From the human T2T-CHM13v2.0 reference genome, Homo sapiens: 64,000 nucleotides of DNA. The notes beneath the pieces are model-generated. The model was not told the DNA's origin, did not search any database, and saw nothing but the letters and a program-made list of their open reading frames with translations. The stretch lies in NCBI RefSeq assembly GCF_009914755.1, contig NC_060941.1. The stretch is one strand, 5' to 3'. Of the stretch, positions 27,212 through 38,994 are shown piece after piece. A program made the position numbers and the translations under genes. Numbering within the stretch: position 1 is the stretch's first letter; each line of letters starts with the position of its first letter.

Positions 27212-27355
27212 TCACTCCCAAATATATTTACCATACTCTAAATGTCATGATATCAAGAGTTTACTCTGTTAGAATAGTCGCAACAGTTTCTGAGCTCTGT
27301 GTAGTCCTTGGGCAGAGGAAGATTTTTGGTGAAAGCTTCTGCTTAGAATCAGTTA

Positions 27356-27577
27356 CAGGTTGAGTATTCCTAATCTGAAATGCTCCAGATTCATAAGTTT
27401 TTGAGTGCTGACCTGATGCTCAAAGGAAATGCTCATTGGAGCATTTCATATTTCAGATTTTTGGATTATGAATGCTGAACCAGTAAGTATAATGTAAACA
27501 TTTCAGAATCTCCCACAAAATTCAAAATTTAAAACACTTCTAGTCCCAGGTATTTCAGGGAAGGGATACTCAACCTA
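27356..27577. mobile_element. Tigger4a (MER46A) MITE
   Basis: TIRs caggttgagtattcct / agggatactcaaccta, flanked by TA. Confidence 0.88.
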
Positions 27578-29049
27578 TATCAGTCTTCTTAATCAACTGA
27601 CTTGTCTCCCTGGGCCAATGGTATGGCCTCTGTTTGGGATTAATGACCCATTTTCAGAGCTGCTGTGGAATACATATGAATTGGAATCTATATCTGTGAA
27701 AAGTAGGATATCCTAATACAAAGGACTCATATAATGACTAATGTTTTGTAACTACTTAGTAAGTGTTTTAGGTAATATTTATGTTCAAAATATCCAGGAA
27801 AGGAAGGGAGATGATGCTTGTAGTAGTAGTTTTAGTAAAATTAGGGGAATAGTTGTGCTCAGACTCTCCTAATATTATTATCTTCATATGGGAGAGGCCA
27901 AAAATTACCCATAGGGATTCTTAGCAAAGACATAGAAATCTTCCAAGCATCTCTCCAGGCAAGAAGCCCATGCATTTCTCTTAAGAGACTAGACAGAATG
28001 TCTTCATTGTTACACTTTCTGTTTTTTTTTTGTTTCCCTTTAAAATAAAAGCCATAATTCAAGAAAAGCATGTTGCACACTACCCAGCACATTACAGGTG
28101 TTTAATAAATACATGTTCATTCCTTTTAGTTCTTTTCACCTTAGTAATAAACTTTTAAAAAGATTATTCCTTCTTCTTTTTGATATAAGCAGAAGAATCA
28201 TCTGTACCATCAAGAGAAAGAGAGGGTAAGAGGTAGAGAAATAGAACCATATTGCTAATAACAAGAGTTATGCAAAGTTGAAATATGGTGTATCAAGAGA
28301 TAGTGACATGTTCAGGCATAAGCTATACAACTACATTGAAAAAGATAACAGAGTTGAGCATTGCACAGGTGTTGGATGGGATAGCCCTTAAGGTCCATTC
28401 CATTCCTGTAATTGTAATAAAATATTAATAAAATTTTAATAAATTTTTAATAAAATATTCTTTTGACTGCTATCTGCTACATTCTTTAGTAAAATGTTTC
28501 CTTGCTCATCTTTTTTCTTTCCTATACACTGATTAGAAACTATGGTAAAAGTATTGTTACGGCACAGTGCTGACATTTTTTTACTAACAATTTTGTTATA
28601 TTTGTTAAATGAATGAACAGATTAACAAATGAATATCAGTACCCAATGTCAATCATCATAAACAACTTATATATGAGGTTGGAGATGTAAGTTTACTTAC
28701 TGTCATAATTCTTGTTTCCTTATGCTGAGGGAATTCTGAGCTGTCTCCCCTTCCTTTTTTGCTTCTTAGTTTATATTGAAGAGCTTATTTATAATCAGCT
28801 ATTTGGTAAGGTAGTATATATCATTGGTGGCAAAATTGGATTTCTTGATTAAAATTTTGGATTATAAAGTTTTTGAGGCAAATGACCATGTAATCTCAAC
28901 ACATCATACAATACAGAAATATACTCCCCAAGTATTTGGTGGCAAAACATTTGAGGCCCAGCAGCCATAAAAAGATAATCTTAGGGGTTTTTTTTCCCTC
29001 TCACCAACTCAAACCAGTTGTTAGTAATAAGTTGGTAGCTAATATTTTC

Positions 29050-29357
29050 TTCCTTTTTTTGTGGTGTTATTGTTGTTGTTGTTTGAAACAGGGTCTCTCT
29101 GTTGCCAAGTCTGTAGTGCAATGGCATGATCATGGCTGGCTGCAGCCTTGACCTCCCAGCCTCAATCAATCCTCCCATCTGAGCCTCCTGAGTAGCTGGG
29201 ACTACAGGCGCACACCACCACGCCTGGCTAATTTTTTTGTGCATTTTTTGTGGAGACAGGGTTTTGCCATGTTGCCCAGGCTGGTCTTGAACTCCTGGGC
29301 TCAAGCGATCCACTCTCCTCAGCCTCCCAAAGTCCTGGGATTACTAGCATGAACCAC
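29050..29357 (-). mobile_element. AluJ, antisense, ~600 bp upstream of the second exon
   Basis: Perfect 17-bp TSD tggtagctaatattttc at 29033-29049 and 29358-29374. Confidence 0.92.
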
Positions 29358-29962
29358 TGGTAGCTAATATTTTCAAACAATAAAATGGATACTCTAGTAT
29401 TTCTTATAATTTGAAACATTTTTGTAAAATGAATTTTTTCTTTCACTCAGTTTTTAGTAAAAACCCATTTACTATTTCTTTTGATAACAAAGAAACTTCC
29501 TTTTTGTTACTGTCTCTGCAGCTTTCATGATCCAGACATTCAGAGGCAAGATGGCATTTTAAGCTTTTGGACTAGCATTTTGTTTTTCATTTTAAATCTC
29601 AAATCTACCATTATCTATTTCTTTTATGAAGTAAGGGTTTATGTTTATTTGCTTAGTTTGTTTTGCTTTTTGAATAGGAAATATTTAATCCCTCTGTTTA
29701 AGGTTATAGAACCTCTTAGCAAGCACAGGTTTATTATGTACTGTCTTAAAGTAGCAAGTGAAATGAAGGGTTAATATTTTTTACAAACCACTTATTTGGA
29801 TTTTTAAAGGCATAAAATACATGTATTTTATATATATTACATATTTTGCATATATATTTTTTGGCTGGAGTAAGCCCTGATTCCAAAGTTCCGGAGATAC
29901 AGACTAGCTGAAAGACATTTTCTGAACTTAAATATTCTAACTAAACTTTTCTTTCTTGTCAG

Positions 29963-30088
29963 CCACCAGCTCTGCCCACTTGGAAGACCTTGCTTACCTG
30001 GATGAGCAGAGACATACACCTTTGAGAACTTCTCTACGAATGCCAAGACAGAGCATGGGTGGTGCTCGCACACAGCAGGATTTAAGAG
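29963..30088 (+). CDS. TANC2: Internal coding exon (126 nt, phase 1-1) of TANC2
   Basis: Acceptor ttttctttcttgtcag; encodes (A)[41 protein letters not shown]; donor GAG|gttaga; continues the frame of exon 30-293. Not listed in the ORF track. Confidence 0.95.
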
Positions 30089-30468
30089 GTTAGAACCACA
30101 GAAGGGCTTTAAGGGTGCCCGGGAACAGATGGAAATGGGCAAAAGCCAAAAAGTTGCTTTGTCTCCTATTCCCATACTTACTTAAACCTCCCTAAGAAGT
30201 GAAATGATCCATTTTAGCATGTGACCAGTTCATTTCTGCTGAGTCTAGAGAAAGATAAACACAAATACATTGTACTCCTCATAGACAGGCATTGTGTAAT
30301 TATCAACATTTGGAAGCATTAGTTCCTCGAAATTCTGAAAGAAAACAGATGTAAAGGGGCTGTGGTAATGGGGGAAATAACCTTTCTAAGATCTTGGATT
30401 TCAGAAGTGACTGCGGACCAGATTCAGCCCTAGCCATATTGCAGGTGAACTGTGCTGATCATAATGTA

Positions 30469-30802
30469 CAGGTTGAGCATCCCTAATCTGAAAATCCAAA
30501 ATGCAAAATGCTTCGAAATCCAAAACTTTCTGAGTGCCAACATGACACCACAAGTGGAAAATTCCACACCTAGCTTCATGTGATGGGTTGCAGTGAAAAC
30601 TTTGTTTCACAAAATGTTGAGTAAAATTACCTTCAAGCTATGTGTATAAGGTGTGTATGAAACATATGAATTTCTTGTTTAGACCCAAGTCCTATCACCA
30701 AGATCTTTCATTATATATATGCAAATATTCCAAAGTCCAAAAAAATCTGAAATTCAAAACACTTCTGATCCCAAGCATTTTAAATAAGGGATACTCAGGC
30801 TG
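30469..30802. mobile_element. Tigger4b (MER46B) MITE
   Basis: TIRs caggttgagcatccct / agggatactcaggctg, TA on both sides. Confidence 0.88.
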
Positions 30803-31399
30803 TATTTTGCTAGGGAATTTTTTTCATTTTTGTTTTAGTGGCCATTTCTAGTAACATGCAATATTTTATTATCTTGGTCTTTTAGAAAGTGCCTATAATC
30901 CTGGCCTAGCAAGAGCTACACAACCTATCCTTTTCTCACTCAGGTACCTGTTGCCTTACCTTCTTTGTGGCATGCTACATGCTTCTCCAAGCTGGCACCA
31001 GATCTTTTTAAAGACTGTCATTTTGTTACAGTGATGGTCTAGTTGAGGAGCCTCTTATTGGTATTTCTATGCCTCTCGTTTGCTCAAAATGAACCAAACT
31101 GTCTCTGATAGCTTTTAACAGATAGTCTCCTTTCTCTGGTATGTTAGCAATCTCTATCTCTACCACAAGTGTGTTTTTAATTTTATCTTACGGATGATTT
31201 TCATCTTTCTTTAGCTCTCCTCTTCACCCCTTGTCCTATTCCCTACTCTAAGCAGTATAGTGCCACGTGCACAATTCCCATGGGAAGGAATTTATACATG
31301 TCTGCTGTCCACTCTAGACATCATTATGCTAACAGTTTTTCAGTGATGGCTAAGCAAACAGGATTTTAAAATAATTGATTGTATTGCAACAATTACCAT

Positions 31400-32110
31400 A
31401 CCTCCCATCAACAGCAGTTAGTTGATAGCCTCAGTCATACTTTTAGTTCCCAGTCCTTTTGTCCATCCTGCTTGCCAGTTCTTCAGTTTGTCATATACCA
31501 GTTGCATGGCATATGCAACTGTGTGTTTACAGTCCAGAAAATGGAAATATATCAAGCACTGTTTTAGACTAATTACATCTAAAGTCTGAATAAAGTTGAT
31601 CAAGAGACCAAATAATTGATTTGCGCCCCGACCAGAATGCACAGCCGTAATAAAGAAGATTGGACAGAACTACTGATCTATATGGACCTTCAGATTTGAT
31701 TGAAAATCTGCCACATTGGCATCATCTTCCATCTTATTACTAAAAAACATACTGACATTGTTGACTTTATTTTCTGCTTTACTAATCATTGAATAATAGA
31801 TGTTATACTACATAGAAAACAAAATTATTTGACAGATTTCAGCAGTGAAATTTTTGGGAAACCTTTATATTGAGTTCTGTTGATATGTGGTAGTACCTAT
31901 CTGCTTGTAGTATCTGAAGATTTAATAAGGTCTTTAACAGATACATTCTGGTGAGCTTGATGTTTACAAATACCAGTTTTATCTGGAATGCAACAAAGAT
32001 CTTTTCCATTGCATTGATCTTCAGCCGAAGCATTCAGTGAAACAACAAAAGCACATTCAAAGATTTTCCCAAAGCTCACCTAAATCTTTAGGAAGGGCTC
32101 TGACTGAATA
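31400..32110 (-). mobile_element. RTE-clade LINE relic (MamRTE1-like), RT C-terminal region
   Basis: Minus-strand motifs in RTE order across frameshifts: ECAFVV..ED (cf. DCALVA..EDLQ), LKSVK*FCFLCSITS (cf. F.YLGS), LKV/YRSVVLSNLLYYGCAFW (cf. KLKVYRAVVL..LLYGCETW), MQLVYDKLK/KQDGQK (cf. QLLYGEL..KQGGQKK). Confidence 0.75.
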
Positions 32111-32886
32111 TTGAATTTCTAAAAATACTAATTTCATATTCCTTGCAAATAGTGTCTTAACTTATTGTTTACATTAATACTTAGGCTGGAGTTTGTCCAT
32201 TGATGAAGATGCTATGATGTTAGTATTTCAGTTCCTTGAAGTCATCTTTATTTTTCAAGAGCTTTCCTTTTAGCAGTCTAAACGGTTAGAACATGCCATC
32301 CAGCTGGGTACATTGATCCATAAAAAGCAAGGTGTTTACTTAGCAGTGTAAAGTATACTAAAACTAGTAATAACTTTAATTCAGAATTTTCAGAATTTAG
32401 AGTCCCTGAACAATAATCCTCTCTCAAAAAGTAACATGTTATCTTAATTATTGTTTACAGATGAATTGTATGGCTTAGGATACGACTTAAAACACATTAT
32501 CAAGAAAGGAAAGCAAACTTGGGCAGATAAACTTTCCTTATGTTTCTTCAGACCTGCTTGGCAAGCCTTTATAATATGTGATTATTATATCCACAATGTT
32601 GTACTTTATTTCAGAAAAAATCAGATTTGTTTTCCTGGAATAATTTTTAAAAACATGTCACATCATGCTTTCTAATTTTATTTAAAGGAATGTACAAATT
32701 ACAGTCATATTTCAGTTTGACATATTTTTCTTCTGATTATGATTAAAATGAAACTACCCCCAAAAAAGTAATGAAATGATTGAAAATCTTTTTTAGTCTG
32801 CATTAAGGTATATCTTTCCACTTTAGAATAGAGGTGTATCTTTCATACATTTTAAAGGAGTACTCTGACAAGTTCTGTGAAATAGG

Positions 32887-34921
32887 TTTTTTTTAACTTT
32901 TAAGTTTAGGGGTACATGTGCAGGTTTGTTATATAGGTATGAGTCATGGGGGTTTCTTGTACAGATTATTTCATCACCCAAGTATTAAGCCTAGTATCCA
33001 TTCATTATTTTTCCCAATCTTTTCCCTCCTCCTACCTCCTCCCACCAGTAGGCCCCAGTGTTTGTCATTCCCTTTTATGTGTCCATGCGTTCTCATCATT
33101 TAGCTCCCACTTACAAGTGAGAACATGCGGCATTTGGTTTTCTGTTCCTGCATTAGTTCACCAAGGATAACAGCCTCCAGCCTCATCCATGTTCCTGCAA
33201 AGGACATGATCTCGTTCTTTTTTACGGCTTCATGGTATTCCATGGTGTGTATGTACCACATTTTGTTTATCCAGTCTACCATCAATGGACATTGAAGTTG
33301 ATTCCATGTCTTTGCTGTTGTGAACAGTGCTGCAGTCAACATATGTGTGCATGTGTCTTTATGATAACAATTTATATTCCTTCGAATATACCCAGTGATT
33401 TCACTGGATTGAATGGCCGTTCTATTTTTAGATCTTTGAGGAATTGCCACACTGTTTTCCACAGTGGTTGAACTGATTGTGGAAAACACTCCCACCAACT
33501 GTGTATAAGTGTTCCTTTTTCTCCACAGCTTCGCCAACATCTGTTATATTTTGGCATTTTATTAACAGCCTTTCAGACTGTTATGAGACGGTATCTCACT
33601 GTGCTTTTGATTTGCATTTCTCTAAAGATCAATGACACTGAGCTCTTTTTCTTTTTTTTTTTTTTTTAATTTTGCTTTAAGTTCTGGGATACATGTGCAG
33701 AACATGCAGGTTTGTTACATAGGTATACATGTGCCATGGTGGTTTGCTGCACCTATCTACCCGTCATCTAGGTTTTAAGCCCCGCATGGATTAGGTATTT
33801 ATCCTAATGCTGTTCCCACCCTTGCCCCCCCCATCCCCCAACAGGCCCCAGTATGTGATGTTCCCCTCCCTGTGTCTGTGTGTTCTGCCATTGAGCTCTT
33901 CTTCATAAGCTGGTTGGCTGCATGTTTGTCTTCTTTTGAAAAGTGACTGCTCATGTCCTTTGTCCATTTTTTTTAATAGGGTTATCTGTTTTTTCTTAAC
34001 AAATTAATTTAAATTTAATTAATTAAATTTCTTAACTTAAAGTTCCTTGTAGATGCTGGGTATTAGACTTTTGTCAGAGACATCGTTTGCAAAATTTTCT
34101 CCCATTCTGTAGGTTGTCTGTTGACTCTGTTGATAGTGTCTTTTGCTGTGCAGAAGCTCTTTAGTTTAATTGGATCCTGTTTGTCAATTTTTGCTTTTGT
34201 TGGAATTGCTTTTGGTGGCTTCATCATGAAATCTTTAAATCTTTGCCTATTTCTTTATCCAGAATGGTATTGCCTGGGTTGTCTTCCAGGTTTTTATAGT
34301 TTGGGGTTTTACATTTAAGTCTTTAATTCATCTTGAGTGAATTTTCTTATGTGGTGTAAGGAAGGGATCCAGTTTCAGTCTTTGCATATGGCTAGCCAGT
34401 TATCCCAGCACCACTTATTAAATAGGGAGTCCTTTCCCTATTGCTTGTTTTTGTCAGTTTTATTGAAGACCGGGTAGTTGTAGGTTTGCAGTCTTATTTC
34501 CTGGTTCTCTATTATGTTCGGTTGGTCTATGCGTCTGTTTGTACCAGTACCATGCTGTTTTGGTTATTGCAGTCCTGTAGTATAGTTTGAAATCAGGTAG
34601 TGTGGTGCTTCCAGCATTGTTCTTTTTGCTTAGGATTACCTTGGCTATTTGGGCTCTCTTTTTGGTTCCATATGAATTTTAAAATAATTTTTTCTGGTTT
34701 TGTAAAGAGTGTCATTGGCAGTTTGATAAGAATAACATTGAATCTTACCAATTACTTTTGGCAGTATGGCCATTTTAACGACATTGATTCTTCCTATTCA
34801 TGAGCATGAAATTTTCTTTATTTGTTTGTGTCATCTCTGATTTCTTTGAGCAGTGTTTTGAAGTTCTCCTGATAGAGATAATTCACCTACCTGGTTAACT
34901 GTATTCCTAGGTATTTTATTC
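32887..34921 (-). mobile_element. 5'-truncated L1PA13-16-like element
   Basis: 3' UTR ggggtacatgtgcaggtttgttatatagg...; ORF2 C-terminal peptides; TSD tgaaatag(g)ttttt at 32878 and 34922. Confidence 0.88.
33652..33888 (-). mobile_element. Short L1PA7/8-like 3' end nested in the older L1
   Basis: Own poly(T); TSD cactgagctctttttc (33636-33651) / cattgagctcttcttc (33889-33904). Confidence 0.88.
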
Positions 34922-35159
34922 TGAAATAGTTTTTTAATCACAATTCTGGTTTTAAATGATCCTAGAGATGGTAGTTAATGCTTATATACACTGTAGTATA
35001 CCCAGTAGATAACTAAGTTTATTGACTGACTGATTTCAAGTGTAGAGAGTGTCTGAAATAATATCCTCTGGATGTATGTCCAAAGAACATTTGAGGTGGC
35101 AAGCCCTGCATTGATTGGGAACTTCATATAGGCAGAATCTTGTACTATTCTGTTAAGAG

Positions 35160-35840
35160 CAGTGTTTCTCAAACTTTTTGGTCCCGGGAGCCTTTTATAC
35201 TCATAAAAAAATTACACAGGCGGCTATGGCTGTCCCTGTAATCCCAGCACCTTAGAAGGCCAAGGTGGGAGGCTTACTTGAGCCAGAAGTTCAAGACCAG
35301 CCTAGGCAACATAGGCAACATAGCCTAGGCAACAACCCTGTCTCTACAAAAAAATTTAAAAATTAGCCATGCATGGTGGTAGTCCTAGCTACTCAGGAGG
35401 CAGAGGTGGGAGGATCACTTGAGCCTGTGAGGCCAAAGCTACAGTGAGCCATGAGCCATTATTGCTCCACTGCACTCCAGTCTGGGTGATAGAAGGAGAC
35501 CCTGTCTCATTTTTAAAAAATTATTGAGCTTATATTTATATGGGATAAATTGATATTATCATATTAGAAATTAAAAATAATATGTTAAATATACTTTGTT
35601 TAAAATAATGTTTTAAAATAATAATAGGGATTGTTGAAATAACTCATTTATTCATTTTTTTATAAATAATAGACCCATTACATGTTAAAGTTATGTAAGC
35701 TGTGGAAAATTCCACTGTACACTTGTGAAAGAATGAGAGTGGAAAAAGGCAAATAACCTCTTAGTACTGTAAATATAGTTTTGACTTTGCAAACTCCAAG
35801 AACATATCTCAAGAATCTAGGGATCCCCAGATGACGCTTT
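35160..35840 (+). mobile_element. Charlie4a-like hAT element interrupted by an Alu
   Basis: cagtgtttctcaaactttttggtc...ggaaaattccactgtacacttgtgaaagaatgagagtgg. Confidence 0.7.
35219..35520 (+). mobile_element. AluJ
   Basis: Dimer with an internal micro-duplication; TSD aaaaaatta. Confidence 0.85.
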
Positions 35841-35972
35841 TATTTTATTTTAGGATCACAATGTTTAAAAACAAGTTTTGTTGGCTCTACACCTCCAAAG
35901 AGCTCCCAAATCCAACTACTTTTCACCTCCTTCAATACTGCCTCTCACTGAGACTATTGCAGTAGGCGAGCT

Positions 35973-36154
35973 TAGTGGCTCTCACAGTGTGGTCCTGGGA
36001 CCAGCAGGAGTGGCATTATCTAGGAAGTTTTCAGAAATGCAGATTCTTTAGCCCCATTCCACACCTACTGAATCAGAAATTCTGAGAATGGGGCTGGCAA
36101 GCCGTGTCTTAAACCTTGCAGGTGATTTTGCAGATCACACTTTTAAAACCACTA
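35973..36154. mobile_element. MER5A hAT MITE
   Basis: agtggctctcacagtgtggtcc...agaaatgcagattc...acctactgaatcagaaattctg...aaaccacta. Confidence 0.85.
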
Positions 36155-36469
36155 GTTTAGAGGATGTCATTGTAATTGAAGATAAGCTTTATGCCTCAAG
36201 GTCCATCAGTCTATTTACAAAAGTGCAAAAATGCGTAGTTTGAGAGCTGGTTGCATGTTATTCATGAACATGATTTAACAATACAGGCATAATTAATTTA
36301 ACAGGTGCCTTAATAGTAACTGCAGTTGTTTGATGATAATGGTAGTCTTTTGACTGCTGAAGCAGAAGTTGGGATAACATCTCCAAGTGGGATATTAACA
36401 TCAACATTGCTTCATTAGTTAAAAAGTCCTTTTTTTTTTTCACTCTTCAAGACAGCTGTTTTGAACAAC

Positions 36470-36686
36470 TGTTCTACAAAAATTGATATTTCCAGAAACC
36501 CGGCCCAACGGGGGAGAGGTCATGTGAGTCAACTGTCCAAAGCAACTTAACAGATTCCTAGCTGTCAACCATCCAAGAGCTTGAATACTAATGATAAAAG
36601 TCATAGAAGATTGTGTACTAGTACAGAGTATATAGCTAGCTAACCTACTACAAGCGCCTTTTCTAGTCCCAAAGCCTAATGTCTTT
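36470..36686 (-). mobile_element. MIR, interleaved with filler
   Basis: gaaac..ggccca..gagaggtcatgtga..ctgtccaaag..gtcatag..actagta..cagag..tcccaaagcc, in MIR order. Confidence 0.55.
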
Positions 36687-36747
36687 GATAGATATTAATT
36701 TGAATTAATTTAACTAATAAAGTTTTTAACTTAAAATTTTAAAATTA

Positions 36748-37089
<342 letters not shown>

Positions 37090-38994
37090 TTATGCTAAAA
37101 ATTATCCACCTGAAAATGTCCACTCTTTCTGATCATCTTAATGAAAGCTCTCTCATTCCGCAGAGAAAGATAGAAACTAAGTTTGCTGCCTATTACAAGG
37201 AAGGAAGAAATAGTTTATTTTTATGGATAAATGTAATAAATCTTATGATGGATTATATAAAGGGAACCAGGAGGAGTTAAAATATACAAGGCAAATTGTA
37301 GCATAGTGACTTTGAATGGTAGCTACGTGGGTTAAATTAACAACAAATTATTAATATTGAGACCCTAACCTGCCTGGTCTTAAGTTACAACCACACTCTT
37401 CTACTTGAAGAAATTATATATTGCTAATTAAAACTTCATTTCTCAATATATGGTGGTTTCCTTAGAACTTTTACTAAATCTCATTACATAAAAAGCCATT
37501 CAGAGGCTTTGTGTTTAGTTATTAGCTACTTTAATAGACACTAGGTTGGAGGGCATATGTACAAATGATAGTCTGATTCATTGGCAGAATTTATGTGAAA
37601 TTGGCCCTGCCACAGTTAACTTGGTTTTATCAAAGCAATAAATTTAATTTTTATCAAATCTGTGCTTCACACCATTTATGAGTCCCGTACTGTTCTGAAA
37701 CAATGAATCCTTTATGATGATGACTAAGATGCATGTCATGAAGCTAAATGCTCTTACATTAGCCTACTGAGTCACACATCCCTGAGGTTGCTTAGTCATC
37801 TTGATCATTGCCTGGCTGGCTCTCACATTTACAAGGGAATATTTCCATCAGTCTTTTCTACCTCATTGTTCATTATTTCATCCCTACAAGTAAGATTAAA
37901 TTTTCTTAAGTAGATTCAAAACCCAAGGATAAGGTTGCATGCACATAACTTCCTATAGTAAATATTATATGGGTAGATTGTAAGTTTTAGTTGTATGAGG
38001 TTGTTCCCCTCACCCCCAACCAGCTCTTCTGCAGAGAAGACTGTGAAGTAACATGAACAAAACTCTCATCATGACATCTAACTCTGCAAGATATCTCACT
38101 GGAAATACTTTAAAATGCCTTGAGTGCAGTAAAGAAAAATAACACACTCTTAACCTATTTTGATGTTTTGATCTAAATTAAAGAATAAACTTCCCAATTA
38201 ATCTTATTATTTTCCTCAAAAGTGACTAGGTCTATTAAAGTAACCATAATGCCAATAAATTTACTTAGATAAGACTTTGCAAAAAAATTTTGTAATTCAG
38301 TAAAATGATCTAAGTTTTTTAATCTTGTAGTATATAAAAGGTTTGTTGTGAAATAACTTCCCCAGATGCTCATAAAATTACAGAACTAGATGATTTCATT
38401 TTAAGGCCACAAACGAAAGGCTATTTCATCAATGAGAGTTCACTTTAAAATGTTTTATCTTAAATTTCAACGAATTAAAATACCCAGTTTTTATATTCCC
38501 AAAAATAAATGTTGTATATCACCTTAAAAGCCAACACTCTAAGAGCACAATACTTAAAACAACTGTATTGCCATAGTTATAAATATTTTATCAAATATTT
38601 CCTATTTTAAAACCTTTACTGTTTTATGTTTTCTCTACATTTTCAGGTATTAAATGTGAGGAAGCATATAAAAAAGCAGCAACCTTTGGGAGAATTGGGT
38701 TTTCCCTTTCTTTTTTTTTTTTTTTTAACTGTTCTCCAAAGATCTTTGTTCTCTTTCTGAAAATTCCACTCAGCAGTGACTGCAGATTTTTCTCAACAAA
38801 TGTTTTCCCATAAGACCAATGTCAGAAAGCTGAAATTTAATATGGAAGTTATTCAAAGATTCAAAGTAAGATTTTTTTCAGAGTAAAATAAGCCTTCCCC
38901 CTTTTTTATCCCCACATTAATAGAAGGCAATGGACTTTTTAAAACACTAAGACAAATGTTAACAGTGAGACACTCTTCAAAAGGTGTAAAAGTG

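Noticed and set aside
28415-28460. AT-rich ~11-mer repeats with several AATAAA as an intronic poly(A) site
   Set aside because: Low-complexity AT sequence; AATAAA is common at this composition and there is no other support.
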